A DNA stretch of 50,765 nt from the NCBI GenBank assembly GCA_000182565.2, contig KQ257451.1; one strand, written 5' to 3'. The position numbers and the translations under genes were made by a program. Below, piece after piece: positions 22,426-35,071 of the stretch (position 1 is the stretch's first letter; each line of letters opens with the position of its first letter). The stretch comes from Spizellomyces punctatus DAOM BR117 (taxonomy: Eukaryota). The notes under the pieces were generated by a model. That model saw nothing but the letters and a program-made list of their open reading frames with translations. It ran no database searches and was not told where the DNA came from.

Positions 22426-25400
22426 ATGACAACCGATGAAACTGATCTGGTGGGGATCTTTGAACGGCCTTTATTATGCCTGTTTTTTTAAAGCACTCAT
22501 TGCTTAACTTGTTGACAGCGACCACAAACAATCAACTCACTAACAGGAAAAATTCAAAACGGTGTACATTTGGTTTCCGGCAAACTTGACAGTGATCCCG
22601 AAAGTCACCCTGACTATCCTCCGGCCCCGGAGGACTTCACCACAACCGAGGAATCCGACTCTAATGTTCCACGCACTGATGAGGAACATGCTCAAATGAG
22701 CGATAGAAGTGTATCTCAGCACAACAAAACACAGAAAAGCGATGTAAGTCTTCGGCAGGGCACGAAACGTCGGCCGACGGACAGTACTTTTGAGCAAAAT
22801 GAAACGACAGCTGGGATTGGCGAAGAAAATGCAGCGGAGGGACGGTATCCCAAGAGGCGCCGCGCGGCCGCACCCATGAGCCAAGAGCCAGATCATTCAC
22901 CTGTCAATCGGGGTTCCAGAGGCGAGAGATTGAGAGATAGAGACCGAAACCGCACTGAAAGCAGGATAGTGCGGCGCTCGTACAAGCGTGAGGAAAAATC
23001 CTTCAGAATTGACGCAAAAGAAGAAACGCTTTCGAGAAGTGGCAGACGCGTGAAAAAACCTGTGACATACTGTGTTTCGGATAGCTACATGTCGGAAGAT
23101 CATATGGAGATTGTAAATGCCGACAGAACCCCTCAATATGGACTTCGAAGGTCTGACAGAAATAGGGCAAGTGTTACGGGTAGAGCACATGAAGGACAGA
23201 ATGTTCTACACAGTCCCCAAACACCTGCAAGTGCAGGTCAGAAGAGAAGAACAAGGAATTCACTCGGTACCTCTTTCGCCGAGGATGCAGCACAGCAGGA
23301 CTCTTTGACCGATGCCGTGCCTTTGATCGCAGATGACGAGGGGCGTTCAATAGACAATGACGGCGATGATGAAGATGATGGTGATCCTATCATTGCCTAC
23401 TCCCGCGTGACACGCATAAGACGTAAAGTGGATGTGCCTTCCGCAGACATTGATGAAAGCCGCCATTCCACACCTCCGGTGAGCTCGAAGCGGAAACGTA
23501 ACTTAGAAGATGAAGAGGATGAGATAGATCCAAATGCGGGGCCATACTCTCTACGGAAACGTAACTCGGGTGTAAGTTATGTTCTTAAATGGCCGACAGA
23601 CGGTGGGAAAAAGAAGTCGCCAGAAGTGGATTTGGATGCATCGCTCCTCAATCAGTCACGACCGTTGAGAAATCGAAGAAATGTTGATTACAACGAAGGT
23701 CGAGCGTTCCGCCTACTGTATGAGACAGAATTGGGTGGACAAGGTACTGGCGCCGAGGATGGTCGGCGATGGTCTTCTCCCCCAACCGTTCGCCCCAAGC
23801 GGCTGCCAATGGCCAGCACTGTGGGAGGCAACGTTTTGAGTTACGATGTACGGGATTTTTGTTGCGGTGATATCTTTGACGCCTCAATACTAACGACTAT
23901 TATGTCTGGCAGTCGGAAGACGAGGATGATATGGGAAAACCACTCTTCCAATATGCACGATGTACAGCGCTTCTTGAAAAATGGCCTGCCGGGAAACAAG
24001 ATGAAATCAAAGAAAGACTTCGAATGCATCTTGATAATAATGGTGCGTGTATTTCTATTCTGTGCTTTGTGCCCCTGAACTACAATTGATGTCGTACAAC
24101 CAGATTTCCCAACCATCAACGCCACCATCCAAAATAAGGTCACATTCGACATGATTGGAGGCCATGAAGATCGTGAGTGTTACGTCCTGTGATATGCTGT
24201 TGCTGAACCGAACGTTCTGCTAACATCTTCGACCAGACGTGAAAACCATACAGGAGATGATAAAAATTGCGCTTCTCTATCCTGAGTTGAATAAGGAGGT
24301 GGAGGCCATCAAGGGAGTGCTTTTCTATGGTCCACCTGGAAACGGGAAGACGCTCATGGGTGAGTCCGCAAGTCGATAAATACGTCTGCGTCAATGCTAA
24401 AAGCATGTGCTTATTTAGCACGAGCCATAGCATCAAGCTGTTCAACATTCCAGCAGTCAGTGGCATTCTTTGAATGTCACGCGGCCGATATCCATTCGAA
24501 ATGGTTTGGTGATTCGGAGAAGCATTTGAAGCGCCTGTTTGATCAAGCTAAGGCAAATCAACCCGCTATCATCTTCTTTGATGAGATAGATGGTAATTTC
24601 TTAATTTCTCAGAGGGTTTCCTGCATGTTGTAACTCCTTTTCGCAGGAGTCGTACCCGCTCGGGCTTCGGGCGAGAACGCGACACCTCATAATACGGTCG
24701 TGACTGCGCTACTAACTTTGATGGATGGACTGGAAAACCGAGGTACTTTTGGAAACACCATGTTGAGGATGATGGACAAATTTAATGAGACAACGTGTTT
24801 TTCAGGTCGTGTGATTGTCATTGGCGCAACAAATCGGCTGGACACACTTGATCCGGCACTCCTGCGTCCAGGACGGTTTGACCGAAAACTTCAATTCAAG
24901 CGACCAAATCTTGACGCGCGAAAGAAAATTATTGACATCAAGACAAAATCGCTTGGTTTGGAGAACTCTTTGATACAAGAATTAGCTGCTGCGACCGAAG
25001 GATATAGTGGGGCGGACTTGAAGGTGAATCTAGAGACTTGCTGCTTGTGGATCATCCATAAGGGTGCTGACTTGGGTGAAGTCTGTCTGCAGCGATGCCT
25101 ACTTTAAAGCGTTGCGAAGGACGTATCCACAAATTTACGATAGTTCGCATAAGTTACTCATCGACGTCAATGCCATAAGAGTGACCAGGCGCGATTTTCT
25201 ACAAGCTCTGCGCGGTAGGCCCCCTATTCGCTTCTATCTTTTGATCATTGACCACAACCTGCTTCTCATTAGAAATCAAGCCGAGTGCCGGTCCATCGGA
25301 CGCGACAAGCTGTCCTCCCTCTTCCCATATTCAGACTCTTTTATCCAGTACTTGGGAGCGTGTATTGTCTCGACTAGAATTGATCCATAAGATTTTTATT

Positions 25401-27359
25401 CGACGAAGTTCCGGAGCGTCAGCAAGCGTATTGCAGCCGCGGATACTGGTTGCGGGGCCTCCCAGATTAGGACAAGTGCAACTTGCTGCTGCGTCCGTGT
25501 CGCGACTGGTAGAATGGGGATTTCGTGTGGAGTTGCTTAGACTGGGCAGCAATATAGAGGTCCGTGTTAATTCACTGAACTAGATATCAGTAACGATGAC
25601 ATTAATTGCAGCTCGGTTGTTGCAGTCAATCGACGCAGAGATTCACCATGTACTTGATGGCCTCCGACTGGAGCCTCTTCCCGCAATTCACATTCCTTCT
25701 TTTGAGAAATGGAGCCCTGAAGCCATCGAAGCTCTGGATGCACGTTTGGAAGCAGCGCCCCATCCAATCTTGATCCTCGCCACTTGGGAACAGGGCGGTA
25801 CTGTACCAAGGGTAGCTCGGCGGTTTATTTTGGGTCAGCGCAAGGATATCAACCAGATGATGGGATACCGGAGCATGTTTCAATTGACTGAGCCAAGCCA
25901 GGTAATTTCTGCTATCTTACAAGCATGACCGCAATTTGATGGATGAAGAAATCTTACGTTTTGGAATATTTTAGGCCAAGCGCAGGGAATTCTTTTCACC
26001 CATCCTAGCGCTTATCAACAAGCAAGCGGATCCTGCAGAAGCCGCGTTGCCTCCAACGGCTTTGATGGACCTTCCGATTGCCCCTCACCCACCTGCGCCT
26101 GAGCTCACCACTGCGCAACGGAAAGCGATTGACGCCAAGTGTTGGAGTGTACTCCAAGATCTGAAGCAGCGGCTGAGGACATTCCACAAGGAGATTGGCA
26201 AGGTGCGTGGGACTCTCGACGAGATCGTCGTATCCTGCGTGGGCTAATGCGTGGATGGCTGTACAGACAAAGTTCCGGACATTCTGCAATCCAGTGGACA
26301 TTGAAAAATACCCAGACTATCTCGAAGTGATTTCGGAACCAATGGATCTGGGATTAATGATGGGCAAACTCGATCAAGACAAATATGAAACGCCGGAGGA
26401 CTGGCTTGCGGATATCGAGCTGATTTGTCGTAATGCAAAGGAATACAATGAGGCGCGCTCAGACATCGTGCATAAGGTGGGTCAGCCTTGTATGCCTTGC
26501 ATACTCGATAGGTAAAGCGATTAATTGGTAGTTCAAAAGGCATGTGAGCTGCGAGATGATGCACATTCATTTGTACAAGCTATACCCAGCAAGTATCGAT
26601 TAAATTATTTACAATCTATGTTGTGGAGACGGGCAGAGATGACAAAGCAGTCAGGTAAGTCATATCACTATGTCAGTGTCTGCGATATGAGGTCAATGAC
26701 CATTCAACTTGTGCAGTTTCAACAGAGGATGAAGGTATAGTGGTTGTGGTAAACTCCTTAGGAGTAACTGTTAGTCACACTCTTCATTCACATTCAGAAA
26801 CCCCAGAGTCACCTAGCGAGCACCCAATACCACCCTTACCAATCGAGACGGCAGAGATGGAAACCGATATCCTTCAAGACCGTACCAGCGTTAATTCGCC
26901 AGACCTGGAAAGTCGCCCCCCCACAGAGGGCCATACCGTACACATAGGTTAGTTGCTTCACATGACCGTGTTGGACAATTGCGCCATGGGGTTCTCACTC
27001 ACACTCTACAGGGGATATATCTGATCTCGGGGCAGTTCCTTTTGACTCAAAACTTGTTCCCAGTGCTGAGCTAGCGCAACTAGAAGAGCACCTGTTGGAT
27101 GTTACGGAAGGAATGGACGTGCGCAATTTAGAGATGCTGTATCAGGTGCTGGAAACGGAAATCCAGGGTCTGGTAGAAGAGCCAGATCGGAGGGTGGTGC
27201 TTGCGGTAAGGAATTCAATACCAGAATCTGTGCAATATTGATATTTAATCCAATGTGTTTTGTTGTCTCTAGGCTGTAAATGAGAGGCTCGAAGCCATTT
27301 TGGAGTGGCAAAACCAGCATGACCAATCGGAGGACGACGATAATGATGAGGCGGATTGA
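22426..27359 (+). CDS. ATAD2/Yta7-family AAA+ ATPase with bromodomain (multi-exon, divergent)
   Basis: GVLFYGPPGNGKTLM, IIFFDEIDG, LLTLMDGLENRG, IGATNRLDTLDPALLRPGRFDR; degenerate second AAA domain (PRILVAGPPRLGQ); bromodomain FCNPVDIEKYPDYLEVISEPMDL..NAKEYN. Confidence 0.9.
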
Positions 27360-27840
27360 AGAGGGTCGCGTGGTCCGAAGGAGGGGCTCACGGATATGTA
27401 AAATATTCTACTCACACACTCTGTAATTCTTCTTTTACTTGCAGCTAATAATGCGCAAACGCAGAGTTTGCATGTATATAGATACTGGGGTAAGGAAATA
27501 TGGGTAGTGATCGAGATGTCAATGTGCTGTGGCGCGGTGATGCTTATATAATATCATAATTTTTTTTGCAATTCAAAAGCGCGACTGACGTGGCACAGTA
27601 GGAGGGCCTTCTCTTGGGACAAGGCCAGCTGGTGGACTGACGGGTTTTTTCTTTGGTCTTTTTGTTTTCTTCCTTTTTCTTCAACGTCGACTTGCTTGCG
27701 GTGCCATTTCGAGTCGGTGTTCTTGGTTGTAAAAGAGACGAGTCACGCATAAGCAAAGACTCTACTGGGCCTTACTCAGTACCGGAAGACGACATACTTT
27801 TGAACCCTCCCTTTTATCTACTTTTTTCACCCTTGTCGCC

Positions 27841-29962
27841 ATGTCAATCTACAATTTCAAAAAGGTGCAAGTCGTACCGTCCGCGACGGACTTTGTCGAC
27901 ATTGTTCTTTCAAAGATTCAGCGCAAGACGCCTACGGTCGTCCACGCCCACTACCAAATCTCCAGGATTCGTCAATTCTATATGCGCAAGGTCAAGTTTG
28001 CGCAAGACTGCTTTGATGAAAAGTTGGAACATATTTTGGGTGATTTTCCAAAGTTGGATGTAAGTCCATTCTTTAGTTGAAGAGGCCCTTGAACTGTCTT
28101 GCTAATATGCAAAACTTAAGGAAATTCACCCATTCTACGCCGATTTGATGAACGTACTCTACGACCGTGACCATTACAAACTTGCTCTGGGTCAAATTAA
28201 CACGGCAAAGCATCTCATTGACAACGTGGCAAAAGACTATGCCCGCTTACTCAAGTTTGGTGACTCTCTCTACCGATGCAAACAGCTTAAAAAGGCGGCT
28301 CTCGGACGGATGGCCACCATCATGAAGAGACAAAAGGACAGTTTGGCATATTTGGAGCAGGTTCGACAGCATTTGGCCCGTTTGCCAAGCATCGATCCCA
28401 ACACCCGAACATTGCTGGTCTGTGGGTATCCAAATGTGGGGAAGAGTAGTTTTATGAACAAGCTGACGAGAGCGGATGTGGAGGTGCAACCCTACGCATT
28501 CACAACAAAGAGTTTGTTTGTTGGACACATGGACTATAAATACCTGAGATGGCAGGTTCGTAAGAGGCGACAATGCTGTGGCTTGCAGTACTATAGATAC
28601 TGAGCGTTGTTGTTCTTACTCTTTAGGTGATTGATACCCCTGGAATCCTCGACCACCCGTTGGAAGAGCGCAACACTATTGAAATGCAGTCCATTACGGC
28701 ACTTGCTCATCTTCGTGCATGTATCATGTTCTTCATAGACCTGTCCGAACAATGCGGCTACAGCATCGCTGAGCAAGTTAAACTTTTCCACGCCATCAAG
28801 CCTCTATTTGCCAATAAGCCGACTCTTCTCGTGATCAACAAGATCGATGTTATGAGGCCAGAGCAACTTGGACCCAATGAGAAGGCTTTGATTGACGAGA
28901 TTTTGAGCGATGATGAAGTGACGATGGTGCAAATGAGTACCTTCACCGACGAAGGAGTAATGGATGTGAAGACAACTGCCTGTGATAAGCTTCTAGCAGC
29001 GCGTGTTGAGATGAAGATGAAGGGGCAAAAGGTTGGCAATATTCTGAACAAACTCCACTTGTCTCAACCGGTGGCACGCGACGACCGAGAACGTCCTGCC
29101 GCTATTCCGGAAAGTGCAAAGATCCGCGTCAAGTATGATCCCAATGACCCTAACCGCCCGAAACTGGAGAAGGATATCGAAAGAGAACAGGGTGGTGCAG
29201 GTGTTTACAACGTTGATCTCAAGAAGGTGTATCGCCTGGAGAACGACGAATGGAAATATGACACTATCCCCGAGATCATGGATGGAAAGAACGTTGCAGA
29301 CTTTGTTGACCCTGAGATTGAAGCCAAGCTGGATGCCCTTGAGCGAGAAGAGGAGCGTCTTATCGCCGAAGGATTCTACGAGGAGGAAGAGGAGATGGTT
29401 GACGAAGAGGAGCAAGCCATTCGGGATGCGGCTTCTGAAATCAAGGCCAAAAAAGAGCTCATTGTTCAAGCACATCGTGCATCCAAAGGCAAGAATCGAC
29501 CCGTCATTCCCAAAAAGTCTCAAATGCGGACTGTGGACGATCTGGAAAAGCAACTGTCAACAATGGGAGTGGGCGCTGATGCTCTGCTCGATCGTGCACG
29601 AAGCAGAACTCGTAAAAGGGCGCGATCAGAGTCACGAGCGGAGGATATTGTGCGGGAACAGAGTATGGCTCCGAGCAGCAAGAAACAGGCTACGAGTGTC
29701 GTACGGGACCGCAGCGTAATGGGATTGCGGAATGCAAAGGTAAGAACAGAAAGGCAGATTCATACTCTCCTGCATGCGACAAGTAGTTAATCCTCTGTCC
29801 CTTTTACAGCAAAAGGCAGTTGCGGAAAGTATGAAGAAAAAGTCACAAACGCAGTCAAACTTGTACGCCAAGGCTGGAGAGTCCGACCGCGCCATCCAGG
29901 TCAAAAAGCCCAGACATCTGTTTGCTGGCAAGCGCAGTACTGGAAAGACAGATCGTCGTTAG
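27841..29962 (+). CDS. NOG1: Nucleolar GTP-binding protein 1 (60S biogenesis), 4 exons
   Basis: [63 protein letters not shown], and the C-terminal [16 protein letters not shown]. Confidence 0.97.
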
Positions 29963-30197
29963 GTATACGGCAAAAATGGTGGGAAGGGGAATGGGGATTT
30001 TTTTTTTCTTTTTGTATTTTATTTAATTATGAGCTGCCGTTTATTTGTCAATGTGTATAATACATACATTCGCGTTGAATGATATATTCTGCGCGTAGAC
30101 TTGCAAAATACCGCTGCCATACATGCTTGTGTTTTATATACAAGGGAGCCGCCTCGCTATAACGCTCCCCCTATTCATCGATCCTCTCCTGCTCGCC

Positions 30198-32440
30198 CTA
30201 CACCTTAGCATGTTCCGTCCGGCTCTTCACAATCTTTTTTCTGATATGCGGCCAGAAATGTCTCAATCCATATCTCTCCTGCAATGCAGGTAATTTCCAA
30301 TCCTGACCCGTTACCCGCTTTCTGCAAATGTGACTACCGCATTTACAATCAAAATCCGCTTCGTCATCCGCATCAACAGTGGCTAGTTGAGGGAGAAAAT
30401 GACCAGAATGTTACAACTAAAAATGACCATGGCATGGTGCTCAATGTGTTGAATTTGGGACTCACCGTAATCATATGTCAGTTCCTCTCCCTTCTTGATC
30501 GGTCGTCGGGCTACCATTACATCGTAAGTATCTTCATACCAGAGGTTGGGATCACAGTTGTGGTTTGTATAAAAGGATGCATCCACTTCATAAAGGTACG
30601 GAGCTACAAATATGCCTTTTGGACAAAAGTTGTTTTTCAGATGAACATTTTGCAAGTAGCAAAAAGCGAAACACCAAAAAAGACGTATAAACATACCTTC
30701 CTCCGCTTGCTCAGCCATATGTCCCAAGAACTCATCCATGTAGTCAGACTTTCCAAATACCTCGTCGTCTGTTCTCAACGACACTTCAATGGGGCCGCGA
30801 AAGATGATTTCCCCTTCATGAATATCTTCTTTGGCGTATTGGCCTGTGCCTTCTGTCTCACTTTTTTTAGCAGAGACTTTGGGATTGATGTAATATCCGT
30901 CCATGAATTGAAGGTCGGAAATCTCGGGATAGTAGGTCTTTGCGGGGATACCACCGAGTTGACGATTGTAAGATGTTGTTTTGACTGCGGCTAATTCGTC
31001 GTATAGGTAACCGAGGAGTTCTGGGGGTGAGACGTATGTGTTCCAATTTGCAGCGGTTGCCACGGCATATCCGCGTGCAGGAAACGTTGTCAGGATGATG
31101 TAGCCGCCTTGGTAGCTCACTGTTACTGTGAGAGATGGTGATGTGCCTGGAGGCATATGGGGATCAGGTTGAGTGGCTGGGAGGGGATAGGATGCGGTTG
31201 TGATTGAGAGATCTTTATCTTCTGGCGCATGGGCAAATTCGAGACCTTCACGGATTGAATTGATGAGGTGTTCCTCATTCGCGAGTGTCGATTGATTACA
31301 GCCAAAATATTCTCTCTGCCAGGAGCGCCCGGTCACTGTGTCCTCGGGTATATCTGTTGCTTTGATGTGAAGATACGGAGCGTAGTTGCGGCTTGTGGTG
31401 GTCTTTGGTTGCCGAGTACGGGTGATACGTTCAAGTTCGTCGCGAATCCATGTGGGAGGGTTGAACATGTGAATGTGGGATTGAGAATCGTAGTATTGCG
31501 GATCCCCTACTGCCCTCCGTTCCAACCAATCCTCGATATATGAAGGATGTAATTGTGTTGGAGAGGGAAGTGCATCAGAGTTGGTTGCATAATGATACAC
31601 CCACATGGCAGAGTTTAGCGGACGAAATTGTGCGGCGGTGTGAACGTGTTTGAACAAGGCGGAAAGAGACTCGTAAGGTCCCCAGTTGTCGGGTGCGTCA
31701 TAGCTGATTGAACCTCGAGAAACAGCCAAAATGCCTCCAGGAAGCAGACGACTTTGGGCGAGTTTATGGACATTAGGCGATGTCTCATGCACATCAAGGA
31801 TAATGACATCGAATCCTGCGTTACTATCACGTAGATAGTCTACGGCATTGCCGTGTGCTCGCTTGACGAGACCGAGCGGGTCGTCGTATGAATAGGGTAA
31901 ATGTGTTTTTATGAATTCCGCAAGCGGCTCGTCGATTCCGGCCCAAGTGATGCTCGCCAAGGTAAAGTATCTCAACGCTTCCCTCACCATTGTCCCCTCC
32001 TCGTTTCCCAGGACGAGCACCCGCCTCGGAAACGGATGCAATAATATGGCTGGATGAACCAAGGCCTCACTGTGCATGGCTTCGTCATCTGAACATGACC
32101 TCATCCAACCGTTTTGAACCAAGCATCGTCCTAATCGAGGATGATCCAGTATTATGTAGTCGCGGTTCCCTATCGAGTCCGCTGTGATAATCTTGCCCTG
32201 AGCACCATGGTCCCCCCACATCCGCTGTACATTCCAAGTCGGTTCATATGAAAACTCTAAGCGTCTTTCATCTCCTCGATGTGCAAAGATTGTGTTGGCA
32301 GCACGATCGTAAAATAACGTGCAGAGAATCGTCAGGCCTGCCGCTATTAGGAAGATGGCACGAGAAACGAAAATCATGACCTTGCGTCTTCCAAAAGCTC
32401 CAGTGGCTTTCCTGATAGCAGAAATTGGTGAGGAGAGCAT
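30198..32440 (-). CDS. Signal-anchored fusion: aminopropyltransferase-like + apparently dead AdoMetDC-like + SET/post-SET; exons 32440..30697, 30615..30466, 30382..30198
   Basis: N-terminal hydrophobic helix (aa ~21-44). SpeE-like EALVHPAILLHPFPRRVLVLG, FDVIILD, YYDSQSHIHMFNPP. SpeD/SpeH-like GRSWQREYFGC..LTTFPARGYA lacking ESH. SET GTGQYAKEDIHEGE, NHNCDPN, ELTYDY; spliced post-SET FDCKCGSHICRKRVTGQDWKLPALQERYG. Confidence 0.88.
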
Positions 32441-33387
32441 TTAAAGCGGCAAAGCGGAATAAACTGAAAAATGCAGGAGAACCACGTACTCCACGACATT
32501 GGGGATACTCAACCGTCGATGCGAGGGCTGGTGAGGAGGTGCCATAAAAGAAAAATACACACGAGTCCCGAGCTACCTCCTTGTCTTGCTTTGAGGACTT
32601 TTAACAAAGTCTTTTGGGAGCTCTTTCTCTTTGTTTTCCTATTCCCAAAACAACTCTATTGTTCCCAAGGGTGGCGAGTAGGCACAAACGAGCGCAAACA
32701 AAATCCCACTTGAAAACCATGTAATATATTCTCAATAGCTCCTTGCCGTCGCCACCCTGAAAGGCAATCTTGCGTTGAAATGTTGAGAACGTAGAATGCA
32801 GAGGTCTCCGCCTCCCCTCCATTTGATTACTTACTCTGAAACACTGTTTCAAAATAAAATTAAGAAACGGCATAATTATAAAAATTCTCTTTTTAATTTC
32901 AAACATTCGTGGAACGTTCGACCCCAATATTTCATACCTGTAGAGAATTCTAAATATGGTTCGACACCAAATTTCGTACCTAACAAGATTCTAAATGTGG
33001 AAAAGGATACTTGCGGAGCAGGAAGTGCAATGTTCGGCTTCATAAGTTTGGGGACGGCTTTTCATGTCGTTCAGAAAAGGGGGTGGATTTTTGGCTGGAC
33101 TGCAAAAGATTCGGCGGTGGAGGTCCAAAACAGAAACCCTTTGCTTTAACTGCTGGGTACCCGGTGGTTTGGGTTGATTTGCGCAAGTTATAAAGGAACC
33201 TAATTGACCTCCACCCTCCGAAAGGGGGACTTGCAGAAACTGTTGAAGAGACCAGATTTCCAAGATCTCTTCTTGTGTTCTTTTTTTTTTTGTGGTTGCC
33301 TGGTGTTCTCGTTTCTTTGAGAGAGAGAAAAAGGATAAACTCTTGCCAAAAGTCGTTTCTGTACTGCCATCGTTGTTCTTTTGCGTC
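32441..33387. promoter_or_regulatory. Putative bidirectional promoter between the two polyamine fusion genes
   Basis: ~950-bp head-to-head intergenic region with an AT-rich core near 32840-32900. No specific sites identified. Confidence 0.45.
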
Positions 33388-35071
33388 ATGCTCTTTGATG
33401 GAAAGTTTCCTCCTTCTCAACTACCTTCTCCACCACGACGACGCATGTCTCTGGGTTTCGGCGGATCGGCACGAGGTGTCATGAACCTTGTTATGGCCAT
33501 CAATGCCTGCCTTTGGGTTCTCCTTCTTGTGTATGTTTTATCCGATAAAGTCATGCACGGACGATCCGTTTCGTCTCAAGCTGGCTTCCATCCTCAAGCC
33601 GGTTCCGTTCCAGTACGTCTTACGGGCTCATGGTTTCCCCCTCGCCGCCCACCTGTGAGCTGCATTTCGCAAAGACCCGGCGAACACCTGCCGCTCGGCA
33701 AGCATTACCTTGTAGACATGCATAATGTCAACTCTGCCGCGCTGGAGCTGCTGGAAACCGACGCGGCTTTTTCAAAAATCGCAGGATATATCCACTCGGC
33801 GGGTATGACGCTGCTTGGAACATCCGCCCACCGGTTTGAATGCGGAGGAATGACGGCCGTATTCCTGTTATCCGAATCCCACGTATCCATTCACACATGG
33901 CCAGAGCATCGGTGAGTGATCAAAATGCATATGTATATATTTTTAAATATGTCACACAAAGCTCATATTTTTGTTCGTGAGCAGGTTCGTTGCTCTTGAT
34001 GTGTACACCTGCGGTTCCGGAGATCCGCAGAGGATTGTACAGGAATTCGAAAACCTCCTTCAACCTCGGCGGTCAGTCACAACAAAAGTAAACCGTGGAG
34101 CGGATCATCACATCTCTACTACAAGTGGCGAGCCAATAAACCCGAAACAGAGCCGACCACTGCGGACTCGACCAGCTCTCCTTGACATGGGCCGTCAAGT
34201 TCAGAAAGAGGCTCCGTCAAAAACGTTAGCCCCTACACAAACAAAGGATCACAATGCCACGATTTTCCAACAGAAAGAGGTTAACGATCACTTGGTTGCG
34301 GATATCTGTGTGAATGGCGATTCAAGCGACGATGATTGCTATCTCCTCCGGGAAGCAGTAGTACTAGCTGATGAGCGTAGCCCATACCAACGCGTTGAAA
34401 TCGTCGATTCACAGTCCTTTGGCCGCTGTATGCTCCTAGACCGTGTTGTCCAGTTTTGCGAAAGTGACAATGAAGTTTACACTCGTCAAATTACTGAACG
34501 AGTATTCAAACCATACTTCAAAGGTGCGGCCGCCCGGTTGAAGAACAAGCATCAGGCACCAGACCTTGTCGTGCAACTCGTTGGTGGAGGAGACGGCTGG
34601 GTATCATCACACATTCTGGACCGGTACGGTGACAGGGTGAAGCACATCACGGCGGTGGACATTGATCCTCTGGTAACAGAACTCACAAAAGAGCATTTTG
34701 AGCCAGTTGGCACATCAGATGCCTTCACCGATAGCCGTGTCACATGGATTTACGATGACGCTGGCAAATGGCTAGCTACTTCCGGCCAAAGCGACTCTGT
34801 AGATATCTTTATTATCGACTGCACCGACCACACGGCGGAGGCAGCAAAGATTCTGTATACCCAAGAGTTTTACAACAACGTTTACAGAATGCTAAAGCGC
34901 GGAGGTCGGGTGGTACAGCAGATGAACACGGACGACCCATCATATACTGAATTTTTCCGACAAGCCGAATCGGTATGGCTGGCGGCGGGTCTTAAAGGTT
35001 TGCAAAAGTGGAGTGAATATGTTCCTTCATTTGGGGGAAAATCGACATTTTGGATGGCACAAAAGTATTAG
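33388..35071 (+). CDS. Signal-anchored fusion: bacterial-type S-adenosylmethionine decarboxylase + aminopropyltransferase; join(33388..33911,33985..35071)
   Basis: Hydrophobic helix LVMAINACLWVLLLVYVLS. AdoMetDC GKHYLVDM..GMTAVFLLSESHVSIHTWPEHR|FVALDVYTCG with intact E-S cleavage site (33874-33879). SpeE-like SPYQRVEIVDSQSFGRCMLLD, GGGDG, VDID, IIDCTD, LYTQEFY, YVPSFGG. The start could instead be 33445. Confidence 0.92.

Noticed and set aside
30284-30994. 236-aa plus-strand ORF
   Set aside because: Antisense shadow of the SET-domain exons.
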